Shown here piece by piece: positions 20,620 through 31,633 of a DNA stretch of 59,175 nucleotides. The number at the start of each line of letters is the position of its first letter. Within the stretch, counting starts at the first letter, position 1. The notes beneath the pieces were generated by a model. The model was not told the DNA's origin, ran no database searches, and saw nothing but the letters and a program-made list of their open reading frames with translations. The stretch comes from a virus. Its lineage: Duplodnaviria > Caudoviricetes. Both the position numbers and the translations under genes were made by a program. The stretch lies in the IMG/VR virus record IMGVR_UViG_3300028392_000072, positions 1 through 59,175 of that record; one strand, given 5' to 3'.

Positions 20620-21277
20620 ATTTTTTTAATATTTTTTTTGTATAATCTTTTCTATCTATTGATAAGTCATTTATACTATCTTCAATCTCTACACAATTAG
20701 AACTTGGTAATATAGATTTTTTATCTATAAAACTTATTATTGATTTTTTGGATAATATATCTTCTAAAATTTCAACTATTTCAATTACAGGAGTAGATTC
20801 AATACCTGATACATTATAAATTTTATTATTAGTCTTGTTTTTAATAACATAAGATATTATACCAACAACATCATCAATATCAATTATACTTCTTTCCGAA
20901 TCTTTCCAAATTTCTATTCTTTTGTTATTCAAAATATTACTAACAAATAAATTAATAATATTATTAACATTACCACCATTTCCAATAATCTGAGGCATTC
21001 TAAAAATATAAAAATTACTATGATTATTCTTTATTAGATTTTCCATATCTCTTTTATGGTTAAAATATGGATTATCTATATTTGATGAAAATATACTGCT
21101 AAAATAAATCAATGGCTTATCTGTTGATAGTTTTTTTATTAAAAGGTTTTCTTCTCTCTTAAATTCATTTTCATCAGTAGTGTTAGAATTTGAAACACCA
21201 GATGCAAATATAAGATAATCATCAAATAATTTATTCTTACTAAAAGATTTAGCTATTAATCCACTACCAATAATCAT
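20606..21277 (-). CDS. NAD-dependent epimerase/dehydratase-like protein
   Basis: GSGLIA, FASGVSNS, YFSS, YFNHK. Confidence 0.75.
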   Translation of the reverse strand: MIIGSGLIAKSFSKNKLFDDYLIFASGVSNSNTTDENEFKREENLLIKKLSTDKPLIYFSSIFSSNIDNPYFNHKRDMENLIKNNHSNFYIFRMPQIIGNGGNVNNIINLFVSNILNNKRIEIWKDSERSIIDIDDVVGIISYVIKNKTNNKIYNVSGIESTPVIEIVEILEDILSKKSIISFIDKKSILPSSNCVEIEDSINDLSIDRKDYTKKILKKYVRY

Positions 21278-21283
21278 TATAAA

Positions 21284-21925
21284 TTATATATTTTTAGATA
21301 TCAATAAAGAATCCCAATAGTTTTTACCTGATTCACCTGGTATACCTAAGTGTTGTTCTCTTTCATGTTTAACAAATGTATAATTATTTAGCTTTAATCT
21401 TAACTCATCATAATACATTTCATTATTTGGATAATAAGGATTCATTCCTCTAAAGTCATGAAACTCTATAGATATCTGTTTAGTTATATCAGAATCAATA
21501 GACATAAGAACTGAATATTCAGCACCTTCTATGTCTAATTTCAAAACATCTAATCTATCAATTTTATATTTATCCATTAGTTTTTTTAATGTAGTTGTCT
21601 CAACTGTTATAGTATTTTCTTTTCTTACAAAGGAAATATCATTATTAGTTTTTATTGTAGAAGCAGCATCTGTATCATTAAAGACATCTAAGCTTATAGA
21701 TTCTATAGATTCATCAGTAACTAAGGCTTTTCTCTCATAGAATAGGTTTTCTAATTGTGGAGTGTTTATTATATTTGGATTTGGATCAATACTTATAACC
21801 TTCATTCCCATTTCAATCATTTTCATTGAAAATGTGAAGTCTACTCCACACCCAAAATCCATTACCCACCCACCAGGTGTTAAGATGTCTGTCTCTATTG
21901 AATGTTCTGATATAATTATAATCAT
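21284..21925 (-). CDS. FkbM-family methyltransferase
   Basis: DFGCG, LKLDIEGAE, IEFH. Confidence 0.8.
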   Translation of the reverse strand: MIIIISEHSIETDILTPGGWVMDFGCGVDFTFSMKMIEMGMKVISIDPNPNIINTPQLENLFYERKALVTDESIESISLDVFNDTDAASTIKTNNDISFVRKENTITVETTTLKKLMDKYKIDRLDVLKLDIEGAEYSVLMSIDSDITKQISIEFHDFRGMNPYYPNNEMYYDELRLKLNNYTFVKHEREQHLGIPGESGKNYWDSLLISKNI

Positions 21926-21953
21926 ATTTTATTATTTATTTTTTATTCAAATT

Positions 21954-22505
21954 TTACTTATATAAATAGATTGTGAAGTCATTTATTAAGTAGTCGTGTC
22001 TTATTGTAAATTTATTTGTAAGTTTATAGATAATAGGTAATATTTCTTCAATTTTTGTGTATTTCATATCACTCAGTCTTTCCTTAGTTGTTAAATCAGA
22101 TAAAAAATTAAAAGCTGTTCCTTTGTTAGAAGTATTAAACATTTTTTCAATAATACTTTCAGTTTCTTCCCAATTATTAATAAAGCAAAATATACCAGAC
22201 GCGAATACCCAATCATAAGTATCATTTATATCATAAATAGATTTTAATTCAAATTTAGCATCACTATACTTATTTCTAGACATTGTAATTGCATCCTCTC
22301 TCAAATCTATACCTAAATAGTCTACAAAATTTTTACTAAAATCACCATATCCACATCCAACATCTAATACAGAGTCATTAATATCCAGTCCAATATCAAG
22401 TAATATATCAAATCTTTTCTGTTGTGAATATTCACTACCCCATCCTAATGATTTAACACCTTCTAAATGTCCAAACTTTTCTTTATATTTTTTAGATAAA
22501 TTCAT
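21954..22505 (-). CDS. class I SAM-dependent methyltransferase
   Basis: SQQKRF, VLDVGCGYG, YDWVFASG. Confidence 0.85.
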   Translation of the reverse strand: MNLSKKYKEKFGHLEGVKSLGWGSEYSQQKRFDILLDIGLDINDSVLDVGCGYGDFSKNFVDYLGIDLREDAITMSRNKYSDAKFELKSIYDINDTYDWVFASGIFCFINNWEETESIIEKMFNTSNKGTAFNFLSDLTTKERLSDMKYTKIEEILPIIYKLTNKFTIRHDYLINDFTIYLYK

Positions 22506-22507
22506 AA

Positions 22508-23335
22508 TTATATAATAACATCTTCCTTTTTTATATTCTCATCATTAAATATGTATTTAGCTATTGGTTCAATTAAGTGATAATGTTGTGAGAAAGGTCT
22601 TAAAAAGTTACAAATAACATACTCATCATTCTTTAGCATATTATGGTCTATTCTCCACCAAGATCTATCAATCCAGTATTTTTGAATATCAACACCTCTG
22701 TTTATAAAACAAAAATCATTTTCTGATATTTTATACCTATTCAAAAGAACTCTCCATAAAGACTCATCTGAAAATCCATTTAATCCACTAAGATCGGGTG
22801 TGTTATTTATTGATTCTTTGTGATCAAAAACTCTAATATTACACCAAGATTTAAATAAATCAACATGTGTTAAATTATCTGGATTGACTATTTTTTTAAA
22901 TAAAAAAGATTCTCCTGTAATATTACTTATTGGAAATTTACCCTCATCTGTTCCTTGTCCATTATAAACTTCTTTACCAATAAAAAGTATTTTACCTTTT
23001 TCTCTTTGAGAAAGTCTGTCTATAACAAAATTGGTTTGTAAAGGTATAGTATCTATATCTTCTAACATACAAATTTCTTCTCCAAAATTACCAGCCAAAA
23101 TATGTCTGGCCATTTTAGAAAGGTTTGCAGTCGGTATTCCTTCAACAACTGGAAATAAATGAACATCACCATATTTTCTCATTTTCTGAACTAATTCATC
23201 ATTCTCATTTCTATCAGTGACGAATGCTAAAGAAACTTTAGCATCTGGAAAATATTTACCCCATGCTTTGGAAACAATAGGCCAAAATTCTTTAAAGTGT
23301 GAATCATCACAACTAACTATTACTCTATCAAACAT
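22508..23335 (-). CDS. putative glycosyltransferase-like protein
   Basis: FWPIVSKAW, EDID, SDE, IDR; cluster context. Confidence 0.5.
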   Translation of the reverse strand: MFDRVIVSCDDSHFKEFWPIVSKAWGKYFPDAKVSLAFVTDRNENDELVQKMRKYGDVHLFPVVEGIPTANLSKMARHILAGNFGEEICMLEDIDTIPLQTNFVIDRLSQREKGKILFIGKEVYNGQGTDEGKFPISNITGESFLFKKIVNPDNLTHVDLFKSWCNIRVFDHKESINNTPDLSGLNGFSDESLWRVLLNRYKISENDFCFINRGVDIQKYWIDRSWWRIDHNMLKNDEYVICNFLRPFSQHYHLIEPIAKYIFNDENIKKEDVII

Positions 23336-23339
23336 TATT

Positions 23340-24050
23340 TTAAATTTTATTTTTTGCAAAGATATATCCATCTCCTCCTAAACTACCAAATGGATAGTTT
23401 ATCATTATATTATATTCATTTTTTAATAAAAAATTCTCTATCTCTTTATGAATATATTGAGAGTGTGTAGCTATTACTATATTCAATATTTTTTTTGATT
23501 CAAATAAACTTGAGATGTAAAAAATTAATTGTAGCTCACTACCTTGTATATCCATATGTAATAAATCTATGATATCTAATTTTTCACTTTTAACTATTTC
23601 AAAAAAATTCAACTCTGGTCCAACAACATTATTGGTTTCTACGGATGATGGAATAAAATTTTTTAACTCAATATTTTCTCTTATATCATATTCTAAGTCA
23701 GCTTCTCTATTTTTAAAAGTACCTGATTCATTAAGAAAAAATCCACCGTGATATGAAGAATAATCAAATTCATTTAATTTGAAGTTATATTTTCCAACTT
23801 CTAACTGCCTCTTTCCTAATTCAATAAGAATATTTTTACCATCTTTAAATTTTTTTCTAAATAGCAAAGACCATAATGCCCAGAAACATCCGACTTCAAT
23901 CATTACAGGATTTTTCTTATTTTCTATTTCTTCAAGAATTGAATGAAATAAATTTATCTCATAAGTGTGTTGATAGATATTTCCACTACCTGGATGTGTA
24001 TTTATACCATCTAATATATTTAGATTATTGTAATTTATTATTTTATTCAT
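23340..24050 (-). CDS. FkbM-like methyltransferase
   Basis: IEVGCFW, LLHMDIQGSE, IATHS. Confidence 0.75.
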   Translation of the reverse strand: MNKIINYNNLNILDGINTHPGSGNIYQHTYEINLFHSILEEIENKKNPVMIEVGCFWALWSLLFRKKFKDGKNILIELGKRQLEVGKYNFKLNEFDYSSYHGGFFLNESGTFKNREADLEYDIRENIELKNFIPSSVETNNVVGPELNFFEIVKSEKLDIIDLLHMDIQGSELQLIFYISSLFESKKILNIVIATHSQYIHKEIENFLLKNEYNIMINYPFGSLGGDGYIFAKNKI

Positions 24051-24056
24051 GATTTA

Positions 24057-24635
24057 TTATTTATTATTTTCTAATTTAAATTTTATAATATCTATTATAG
24101 GTTTTTTAATCATTTTAGTTTCATCTTGAAAAATCACCTTTATATTGTTATCATTAAATTTATCTAAATCCATGTATTTACTTCCTGATACTCCGGAAAT
24201 ATAGGTTTTTGCTCCATTTTTCAAACAAATATCAACAAGTCTTTCAGTTCCTTTCAATTCTGTTGGATAGTCAAAAATTATCTTTGTTTTTATATTTAAA
24301 ATGTCTTTAATTTTAAATATTATATTTGAATTCATTTTAGATAAATTACTATCAATACAATCATCAAATAAATCTAAAACACCTTTATACTCAGGTAACA
24401 TGTCCTTTATTCTTTTCCAATCCTTTTCAGGACTCAAATAGGTTTTAGTATAAATAGGATCTAGACCTTTATTAACACACATTGTATACCATTTTGAATC
24501 TTTATTAAATCTATTTTGAAAATTGTTCTTTTCAAATTGACAATGTGTTAGTATTACAAAAATATCAGCATCTTCCATTTTTTGAAAAAATGGATAATAT
24601 GCAAAAAAGTTTGGTTGATGTATTGTTACAATCAT
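24057..24635 (-). CDS. WbqC-like protein
   Basis: IHQPNF, QNR, GTERLVDIC, YISGVSG. Confidence 0.85.
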   Translation of the reverse strand: MIVTIHQPNFFAYYPFFQKMEDADIFVILTHCQFEKNNFQNRFNKDSKWYTMCVNKGLDPIYTKTYLSPEKDWKRIKDMLPEYKGVLDLFDDCIDSNLSKMNSNIIFKIKDILNIKTKIIFDYPTELKGTERLVDICLKNGAKTYISGVSGSKYMDLDKFNDNNIKVIFQDETKMIKKPIIDIIKFKLENNK

Positions 24636-24639
24636 TTTT

Positions 24640-25635
24640 TTAATTTTTTTTCCAAAAAGAGTACATACCCTTTTCTATTTCATAGGATTCCCAAATAAAT
24701 TGTTCTCTATTAGGTTGTGTTTTTGCCCAATTCCACATATTAGTTAGACCATCCTTTAAAGATGTCAGATGTTTAAAATTTAAAATATCTATAGACTTTT
24801 GATATGTTGGTATAGAATGTTTAACTTCATGTCTCGCTTCCTTATGTGTATAATTATCTGTTAGTAATATAGATCTTAATATCTCATTTGCATCATTTAT
24901 AGTATATTCCTCTATACCACCTAGATTAATTATTTCTTTAGATGCTGAGTGCAATATAGCTGAATTCCATAGTGGTTCTATTATATCATCAATATAACTA
25001 AAAGCTCTTGTTTGAAATCCATCTCCAAAAATAGTCATTGGATTTTCATTAAGATATTGATACATCCATATACCTAAAACATTTCTATACTTATCCCATA
25101 TATTTTGATTTATACCATATACATTATGTGGTCTTATGATGCACCAATCTAAATTGTGTTGTTCACCTGCGATTTGAATGTCCATCTCACATGCATATTT
25201 AGCAACACCATAAGGATCTATGGGTTTTGGTATTTGTTTTTCATCAAAAAAACCACCATAACCATGACCATAAACTGCCAAAGTAGATGTAAAGACTAAT
25301 CTTTTAACATCATTTTTAATACACTCATTTACAATTCTTGCGGTGGCTTTTAAATTATTATCATAATTATATGTTCTTATAAATGGTGATAAACCCTCAG
25401 CAGCATAGGCAGCAAAGTGAAAAACATAATCAAATTTATTTTCATAAAAACATTTATCTAAGTGATTATTAAAATCAATTAAATTGGTTTTTATAAATTT
25501 AACATCCTTTGGTATATTCTCTATATAACCACCACTCAAATCATCTATACCAACGACTTCAATATTTTTTTCTATTAAATAATTTGCCAATCTACTACCT
25601 AATAAACCAGCAACTCCTGTAATTAATACTCTCAT
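24640..25635 (-). CDS. NAD-dependent sugar epimerase (GalE-like SDR)
   Basis: ITGVAGLLG, HFAA, YGVAK, RPHNVYG. Confidence 0.9.
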   Translation of the reverse strand: MRVLITGVAGLLGSRLANYLIEKNIEVVGIDDLSGGYIENIPKDVKFIKTNLIDFNNHLDKCFYENKFDYVFHFAAYAAEGLSPFIRTYNYDNNLKATARIVNECIKNDVKRLVFTSTLAVYGHGYGGFFDEKQIPKPIDPYGVAKYACEMDIQIAGEQHNLDWCIIRPHNVYGINQNIWDKYRNVLGIWMYQYLNENPMTIFGDGFQTRAFSYIDDIIEPLWNSAILHSASKEIINLGGIEEYTINDANEILRSILLTDNYTHKEARHEVKHSIPTYQKSIDILNFKHLTSLKDGLTNMWNWAKTQPNREQFIWESYEIEKGMYSFWKKN

Positions 25636-26426
25636 GAATTCCAATTTTTTTTACAGAAACTGATTATATCATCATAATTATTAAATCCATAGATATTTGA
25701 ATTACCTAATAATTTTAACCAAGAATCTGTTTTCCAAATACCTCTATTTGCGCCTAGTCCCTCAGGACTATCAAAGATTATCAAATCACCTCCAAAATAA
25801 GCGGCAACACAAGCATTACCACCAGACACCGAAATATGTTTTTCGGAACTAGCATGTATAGAGAATTGTAATGAATTATAATCCATTTGTGGATTTAAAT
25901 CTTGTAGTTGTTTTATTGTAATAACATCTGGGTGATTTTTTTTTAAAAAATCATAATCTTCAAATTCTAAAATTGTATTATCATCATAGTAATATGATTT
26001 TTCAATTGTTGCTGGTCTTATATAGATGATAGTATATTTTTCTTTATATTCGGTTATTATTTTATCTAAAAAATCTATAGGTAAATAATTAAAAACACCC
26101 TGACTCCATTCTATCGAATACTTATTCTGAATAACAATGACTGGTTTTTCAAATTTTAAAATATTTGAATATATTTCTTTTAGAGGTGGTGGGCACCAAT
26201 TTGTTCTTGTAAACAAAGGACTTTCATGTGTATATGTATCTTGTGGATTAATACCATTAAAAGAATCTGTTTCAAATACTTGACCATTAAATTTATTGTA
26301 AATATTTGATAAATTTTTTTTACAAGTTACTTTATAATCTATATTATTTTTATGTAAATAATAAACCATCGGCAGTGTTCTAACCATATCCCAGGTGAAC
26401 TCATTTAACTCTTGTATCGTCTTCAT
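25632..26426 (-). CDS. putative glycosyltransferase-like protein
   Basis: cluster context; QNKYSIEW, ISVSGG. Confidence 0.45.
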   Translation of the reverse strand: MKTIQELNEFTWDMVRTLPMVYYLHKNNIDYKVTCKKNLSNIYNKFNGQVFETDSFNGINPQDTYTHESPLFTRTNWCPPPLKEIYSNILKFEKPVIVIQNKYSIEWSQGVFNYLPIDFLDKIITEYKEKYTIIYIRPATIEKSYYYDDNTILEFEDYDFLKKNHPDVITIKQLQDLNPQMDYNSLQFSIHASSEKHISVSGGNACVAAYFGGDLIIFDSPEGLGANRGIWKTDSWLKLLGNSNIYGFNNYDDIISFCKKNWNS

Positions 26427-26977
26427 TAATTAAACCATTTTTTGAAATTTTCAAACGTAAATTCTCTAGCATGTAAATACCATTTATCCTGTTCTTCAAC
26501 ATATTCATTATATTCCATACATAACCAACCATCTTCAAATTTTATTAATTCTATTCCATTTTCTTTACAAATAGAGTCGGTATCTTTATTCCATTTATTA
26601 AATGGTGGAATAAATACCTTTGACTTAACTAAACTAGAGCTTATTAATATACTCATTTCTTGAGCTTCTTTTGTTAATAATCTATGATCAACATGAATTA
26701 ATCCATGTGATGCAAGTGTTGCGTATTCATTAAAATCAGGTAATCCAGCATTATCTACATTATAGAAAACTCTATAATCAGAATGTGCATTTAATATTTT
26801 TGGGAATATTCTTTGTTTTGATATATCTGACTTTTCATTAGACATATTATGAACCAGTGGTGAAACCCCCCACAAAACTTTACAACCAGGAAATCTATCA
26901 GCCAAGAAGTTAGTCATATCATTAATTAACTCCATATCTGCATTTATACAAACATCATCAAATCTAAATATTTTCAT
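26426..26977 (-). CDS. polysaccharide deacetylase-like protein
   Basis: FRFDD, HGLIH, FIPPFN. Confidence 0.7.
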   Translation of the reverse strand: MKIFRFDDVCINADMELINDMTNFLADRFPGCKVLWGVSPLVHNMSNEKSDISKQRIFPKILNAHSDYRVFYNVDNAGLPDFNEYATLASHGLIHVDHRLLTKEAQEMSILISSSLVKSKVFIPPFNKWNKDTDSICKENGIELIKFEDGWLCMEYNEYVEEQDKWYLHAREFTFENFKKWFN

Positions 26978-26979
26978 TT

Positions 26980-27849
26980 TTATTTTTTATTATTTTTTAT
27001 TATATTTACTAAGGTTTTAGAACGCTCATAATATGTATGATCTTTTTTAGATCTTTCATATCCAGCTTTTGCTATCTTTTCTCTTTCTTCTTCATTCTCT
27101 AAATAATACTTTACTTTATTATCTAAATCATTTAAGTCATTATAAACAACTATTTCTTTATCAAAATCAAATAGTTTTTCAAGACCTGTTGTATAATTTG
27201 TTATCAGAAAAGTTCCACAACCAGTTGTTTCAAATGTTCTGTAATTAATATCATTTGATATATTACAATTTAAATGTATTTTATATGAGTTTATTGCATC
27301 TACCATATCATCACCAATAACAAATACATCTTTTTTTATACCATATTTATCAAGTGAGTTTATTACATGACCTCTATTTAAAACATTACCACAAAATCCA
27401 ACATCTATAGTTTTCTCTATATCCTTTGACAACATTAGCTCATCAGGATAAGAATTGGGAAACCAATATGATTTTTTTACTAATCCGTCAAAGTTTGGTA
27501 AATATGATTCTGTTGAGTTTAATAATATATCAATATTTAAAAGTCTACAAAGTTGTTTATGTTGTTCCAAAACACAATGGCTATCAATACTCCAAAATAT
27601 TTTTAATTTTTTGCTATTTGATATTTCATTAATTGGTAACCAATCAGATGTGTAATTTTCAATTACAAATATAACATCAGCCCATTGTTCAATTTCTGAA
27701 AAAGACATATTAAAGTCAGGATAATTTAATCCCCAAACTTTTGATTCTACTTCTTCAATTCTTGATAAAGCTCTATGTAGACACAAAGACTCTCTAAAGT
27801 TTTTATTCTTTTCATGCCTGCCAGCTTCTTGTATAATAACTATTTTCAT
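26980..27849 (-). CDS. glycosyltransferase (CgeB/GT-B-like)
   Basis: YKIHLN, NYRTFE, GCGTFLIT, REKIAKAG, HTY. Confidence 0.8.
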   Translation of the reverse strand: MKIVIIQEAGRHEKNKNFRESLCLHRALSRIEEVESKVWGLNYPDFNMSFSEIEQWADVIFVIENYTSDWLPINEISNSKKLKIFWSIDSHCVLEQHKQLCRLLNIDILLNSTESYLPNFDGLVKKSYWFPNSYPDELMLSKDIEKTIDVGFCGNVLNRGHVINSLDKYGIKKDVFVIGDDMVDAINSYKIHLNCNISNDINYRTFETTGCGTFLITNYTTGLEKLFDFDKEIVVYNDLNDLDNKVKYYLENEEEREKIAKAGYERSKKDHTYYERSKTLVNIIKNNKK

Positions 27850-28578
27850 TTAACCTATTACATTTTTTATTATTTTCCAATAATCTGGATGTCTTTGTTC
27901 ATTCTCATCAAAAACATCTCCGACAAATTCATAATTGTTTCTTATATATGGAAAAGGTCTTATTTCTTCACCAAATCTTAAATTAAACTCAGAGTGTTCC
28001 ATAACATTATTCTTTATTAAAGGATATACAATTTCTTTTAAAAAGTCTTGATCATCACCATAAGCATTAATTGAGTGTTGTCTATGACCAGATACCTTTA
28101 CAATATCTTGATGTCTTTTTAATCTCCATTCTTCAATCAACTTTAATAAGTTAATTTTACTCATTAAACCATTTTTAGATCCCCACATACCTCCTAAAAT
28201 TGGAACTGTATGATATGGATGATCTCTCATTATATGAAAATCTTTATTTGATAAAATCCATTCATTTACAGCTCTACCTTCTCTCTCTGAAAGTCTAGAA
28301 TCACAATCTCTGGATAAAAAAACATCAACATCTTCTTCTTGAGAGGCTTCAAACCTCCAATACATTCCTTGATATTCTTTATCTTTACCAACAAGAACAA
28401 TCTCAACATTATCTCCTTTTAATGTTTCAATTAAAATAGGGTCACATTGCGAGTCTATATAAAATCTACAAATAAATCCTGGAAAATACTTTTTAGATAG
28501 TTCTATATTAGAAAGTGCTCCTTTCCAGTAAATGGGTTTATCACCCCATAAACTATATGCTATTATATTTTTTTTCAT
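27850..28578 (-). CDS. putative glycosyltransferase
   Basis: YSLWG, WRF, SRDCDSR, HIMRDHPYH, ILGGMWG, DQDFL. Confidence 0.6.
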   Translation of the reverse strand: MKKNIIAYSLWGDKPIYWKGALSNIELSKKYFPGFICRFYIDSQCDPILIETLKGDNVEIVLVGKDKEYQGMYWRFEASQEEDVDVFLSRDCDSRLSEREGRAVNEWILSNKDFHIMRDHPYHTVPILGGMWGSKNGLMSKINLLKLIEEWRLKRHQDIVKVSGHRQHSINAYGDDQDFLKEIVYPLIKNNVMEHSEFNLRFGEEIRPFPYIRNNYEFVGDVFDENEQRHPDYWKIIKNVIG

Positions 28579-29225
28579 AATTCTAATGTAAATAAACTTT
28601 GTCCCCAATTTGCTTTTAATTTATAGAAGTAAATTTCTGGATAATATTCTAATACGCGCGTTATTTTTGTTCCGTAAATACTATCATCAGGATTTGTAAT
28701 AATTCTATTCCTACTATATACAAATCCTTTATCTTTTAAAAATATATCTTCATCTTTAATTACAGAAGCTTTTAATTTTAAAATATCATCTGGTGAATTA
28801 GATTCATTTTTATAGTTTAACAATCTATCTCTAATTGATAATAAATAGCTGTGTTTATATGAACCCATATTCATGCTTAAGTCATCAGTTAATGGTACGG
28901 TATCAGTTGTTATATTATAAGACATAAGCTTATTATAAAAATTCTCAGCAACATAACATGTATCATGTATCGCAAACCAATAATCACTTTCTAAACCAAT
29001 ATCTAGAACAGAGATAAGATTCGTAAAGTCCATAGAATTATGAGGAGCTGTATAAATATTTATACCATCTTTTGATATATTTTCATATTTATCATATCCT
29101 CCTATAAAAAAATAAATATCCTCTGATGGAACACCACTTTTTATCAAGCTATCTACTAGAATCGGATATGTTTTTTCATATGACTTAATATGAGAACTTA
29201 TACATATTTTAATTTTCATATTCAT
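28575..29225 (-). CDS. putative glycosyltransferase-like protein
   Basis: YWFAIHDT; cluster context. Confidence 0.45.
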   Translation of the reverse strand: MNMKIKICISSHIKSYEKTYPILVDSLIKSGVPSEDIYFFIGGYDKYENISKDGINIYTAPHNSMDFTNLISVLDIGLESDYWFAIHDTCYVAENFYNKLMSYNITTDTVPLTDDLSMNMGSYKHSYLLSIRDRLLNYKNESNSPDDILKLKASVIKDEDIFLKDKGFVYSRNRIITNPDDSIYGTKITRVLEYYPEIYFYKLKANWGQSLFTLEL

Positions 29226-30006
29226 TTGTGAATTTAATTTTTGTAATATCTATACCCATATTATCTAAAAAGGTAATATCATTTTTATTTATTTTTTCTA
29301 AAGGGAATCCTATCCATTTTCTACTATCTCTATCTTTTGACAAAAGATAGTATTTATCAGTGCTTATTTGAACTTTGTTTTTACTAGACTTTGTGAATAG
29401 ATATGTCATATATTGTTCTGGATTCCAGAACTTATTAATAATACACTCATTAATTGGAAATGATATTAATTTTAAAACCTCAGAACTTTCACCAAAAACA
29501 AAATGGTCATTAGTAAAGTTTGAATTATATCTACAACCACCCCAGAAACATTCAAATGTTAATAACTGATTACTTGCATTAAATTTAGTTATATCATTCT
29601 CATTAAAATCAAAAACTAAATCAGCTCTAGACTTCAAAATATAATCATACTGACTAAATAAGTCTTTATTTTTAAAGATTGTATCAGGAGCAAGCCCAAA
29701 TAAAATTAAGTGACCTAATGATATTCTTTTAGTCAACTCAATATCATTTGAGTAGTTACTTACTTGTTGAACACTTCTTGGAAAATTAAAAACAATATCA
29801 GAGTCTATAGTTGGTCTCTTAAAAGATAGGTTTTTAATATTATTATTTGTTACTAATTTAATATCATCAAATGATATTAAATATATATCCGTCTCAATCT
29901 CACTATTATACTTATTGATAAGATTTAAACAAGACTTAATAGAACTATCTATATAATCAGTTCTATCACCAGTTATTAGAACTAAAGCACATTTTTTCTT
30001 ACTCAT
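29209..30006 (-). CDS. putative glycan-modifying protein
   Basis: YDYILKSRAD, NDHFVFG, PE motifs; cluster context. Confidence 0.45.
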   Translation of the reverse strand: MSKKKCALVLITGDRTDYIDSSIKSCLNLINKYNSEIETDIYLISFDDIKLVTNNNIKNLSFKRPTIDSDIVFNFPRSVQQVSNYSNDIELTKRISLGHLILFGLAPDTIFKNKDLFSQYDYILKSRADLVFDFNENDITKFNASNQLLTFECFWGGCRYNSNFTNDHFVFGESSEVLKLISFPINECIINKFWNPEQYMTYLFTKSSKNKVQISTDKYYLLSKDRDSRKWIGFPLEKINKNDITFLDNMGIDITKIKFTNEYEN

Positions 30007-30007
30007 C

Positions 30008-30832
30008 TTAATTAAATATTTTATATAAGAATGACTTTATATTTTCAATCTTATTATTATCTGGTATTTGATTATTATTAAACCATGGTTCTCTCAGAAC
30101 TTCCATATATTTACTATCATTTGTGTCCAATTCTATAATATATTCTATTGCTTCTTCTTCTGAAGTAAAGTCATGGATATTAATGAAAGATTTAGTATTA
30201 AATTCTTCATTTATTTTTGATCCTCCTTTATAAATAGGAATTGAATTTACACACATAGATTCAAATGGCTTCTCTGTAATATACCATTCATATCCTGGTC
30301 TATAAGCATTATTCTCAAAAGCTATTGAAAATTTATATTCTGATTGAAATTTTCTTTTATCAGAAACTGGTTGACCTATATTATTCATAAACCTACCACC
30401 AGAATCTACTTTTTTATATTTAGATAACTCTGTAAAAAACCGATTTCTATCTTGGCAATTCCCATTTGATGCTACAAAATTACAAAACTTTCTTTTAGCA
30501 AAAGATTCATCTATAATCTTCTCTCTTTGTAATTCATAATATCCATCATATAATAAATAATGAGGAAGTCTATAATTTCTTGAATCATCTAAATAATCAA
30601 ATGAAAATGACCAATCACAATATTGTAATGGTGGTGCAACATTCTCACCTGTATAAAATATCTTTTTACATTTAAATTGCTGATGTGCATTACCAAAAAC
30701 TGAAAAGAATAGATAATCTGGATTATTTGATATTTCAATATCAAACTCATCTTTCAATAAATTATAGAAGTAGTTATTTTTTTTATCAAATCCTGACCAC
30801 CAATCAGTAAAGTTAATTTTTATCTTCTTCAT
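30008..30832 (-). CDS. alpha-1,3-fucosyltransferase-like (GT10)
   Basis: YTGEN, FCNFVASN, YKFSIAFEN, YITEK, IPIY. Confidence 0.85.
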   Translation of the reverse strand: MKKIKINFTDWWSGFDKKNNYFYNLLKDEFDIEISNNPDYLFFSVFGNAHQQFKCKKIFYTGENVAPPLQYCDWSFSFDYLDDSRNYRLPHYLLYDGYYELQREKIIDESFAKRKFCNFVASNGNCQDRNRFFTELSKYKKVDSGGRFMNNIGQPVSDKRKFQSEYKFSIAFENNAYRPGYEWYITEKPFESMCVNSIPIYKGGSKINEEFNTKSFINIHDFTSEEEAIEYIIELDTNDSKYMEVLREPWFNNNQIPDNNKIENIKSFLYKIFN

Positions 30833-31530
30833 ATTTTAATTCTTTCTTCTACTGGTAATAATTTTCTCTTATTCCAAGTTATTTCATCATCTTTCCATTT
30901 AGCATTATAAGCTTGGTCTGCCTGGTCAGCATTTCTCTTATTTGCTGCATAATGTAAATGTTCAAATATTATAGTATCATTCATCCTATCATCATATAAT
31001 AGACCTAATTCTTTTAAGTTATTATATAATTCACAATCGGAGAACATATGATTATAAGAAGGATGATAAATAACCATATTCATTTTCTTCAAACACCCAT
31101 AAGTCATAATTGGAATAGTGATAGCGGCATGTAACATATTAGAAGAATCCGGTAACTGATAACCATCTCTAACCATTAAACCAACATCTCCCTTACCATT
31201 AAACTTATTTAATAAATAAGTGTCCCATCCTTGAGGTGCCATAAAATCATCCGAAGCAAAAATAACAATATCATCATCTTTAGCCACTCCCATTTTAATA
31301 CCTAAGTTAGAACTTAATTGATAAGATGGATAACAAACGCCAATTTTGTTTGTATTCAATGTTATTAAAAAATTTGATTTTAGATATTCTCTTAGAATAT
31401 CAGAGTGTTGTTGCCAATTAACAGCTACATAAGTTTGAATATTTTGTGGATTATCAGCTCTTTTAATCCATTCAGAATGTGCTGATTTAAATTGCTCGGG
31501 TCTTAATGTACACCATAGTATATGTATCAT
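30829..31530 (-). CDS. GT-A fold glycosyltransferase
   Basis: FASDD, HMFSDCEL, FEHLH. Confidence 0.65.
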   Translation of the reverse strand: MIHILWCTLRPEQFKSAHSEWIKRADNPQNIQTYVAVNWQQHSDILREYLKSNFLITLNTNKIGVCYPSYQLSSNLGIKMGVAKDDDIVIFASDDFMAPQGWDTYLLNKFNGKGDVGLMVRDGYQLPDSSNMLHAAITIPIMTYGCLKKMNMVIYHPSYNHMFSDCELYNNLKELGLLYDDRMNDTIIFEHLHYAANKRNADQADQAYNAKWKDDEITWNKRKLLPVEERIKI

Positions 31531-31582
31531 GTAATAGAATACTTTTTATCTTATAGTCTATACACCACTAATAGTTTAAAAC

Positions 31583-31614
31583 AAAAAAGAGAAAGTTCAC
31601 ACTTTCTCTTTTTT
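31583..31614 (-). terminator. terminator after clpC
   Basis: AAAAGAGAAAG-loop-CTTTCTCTTTTT. Confidence 0.7.
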
Positions 31615-31633
31615 GGATATGAATTAATTCATA

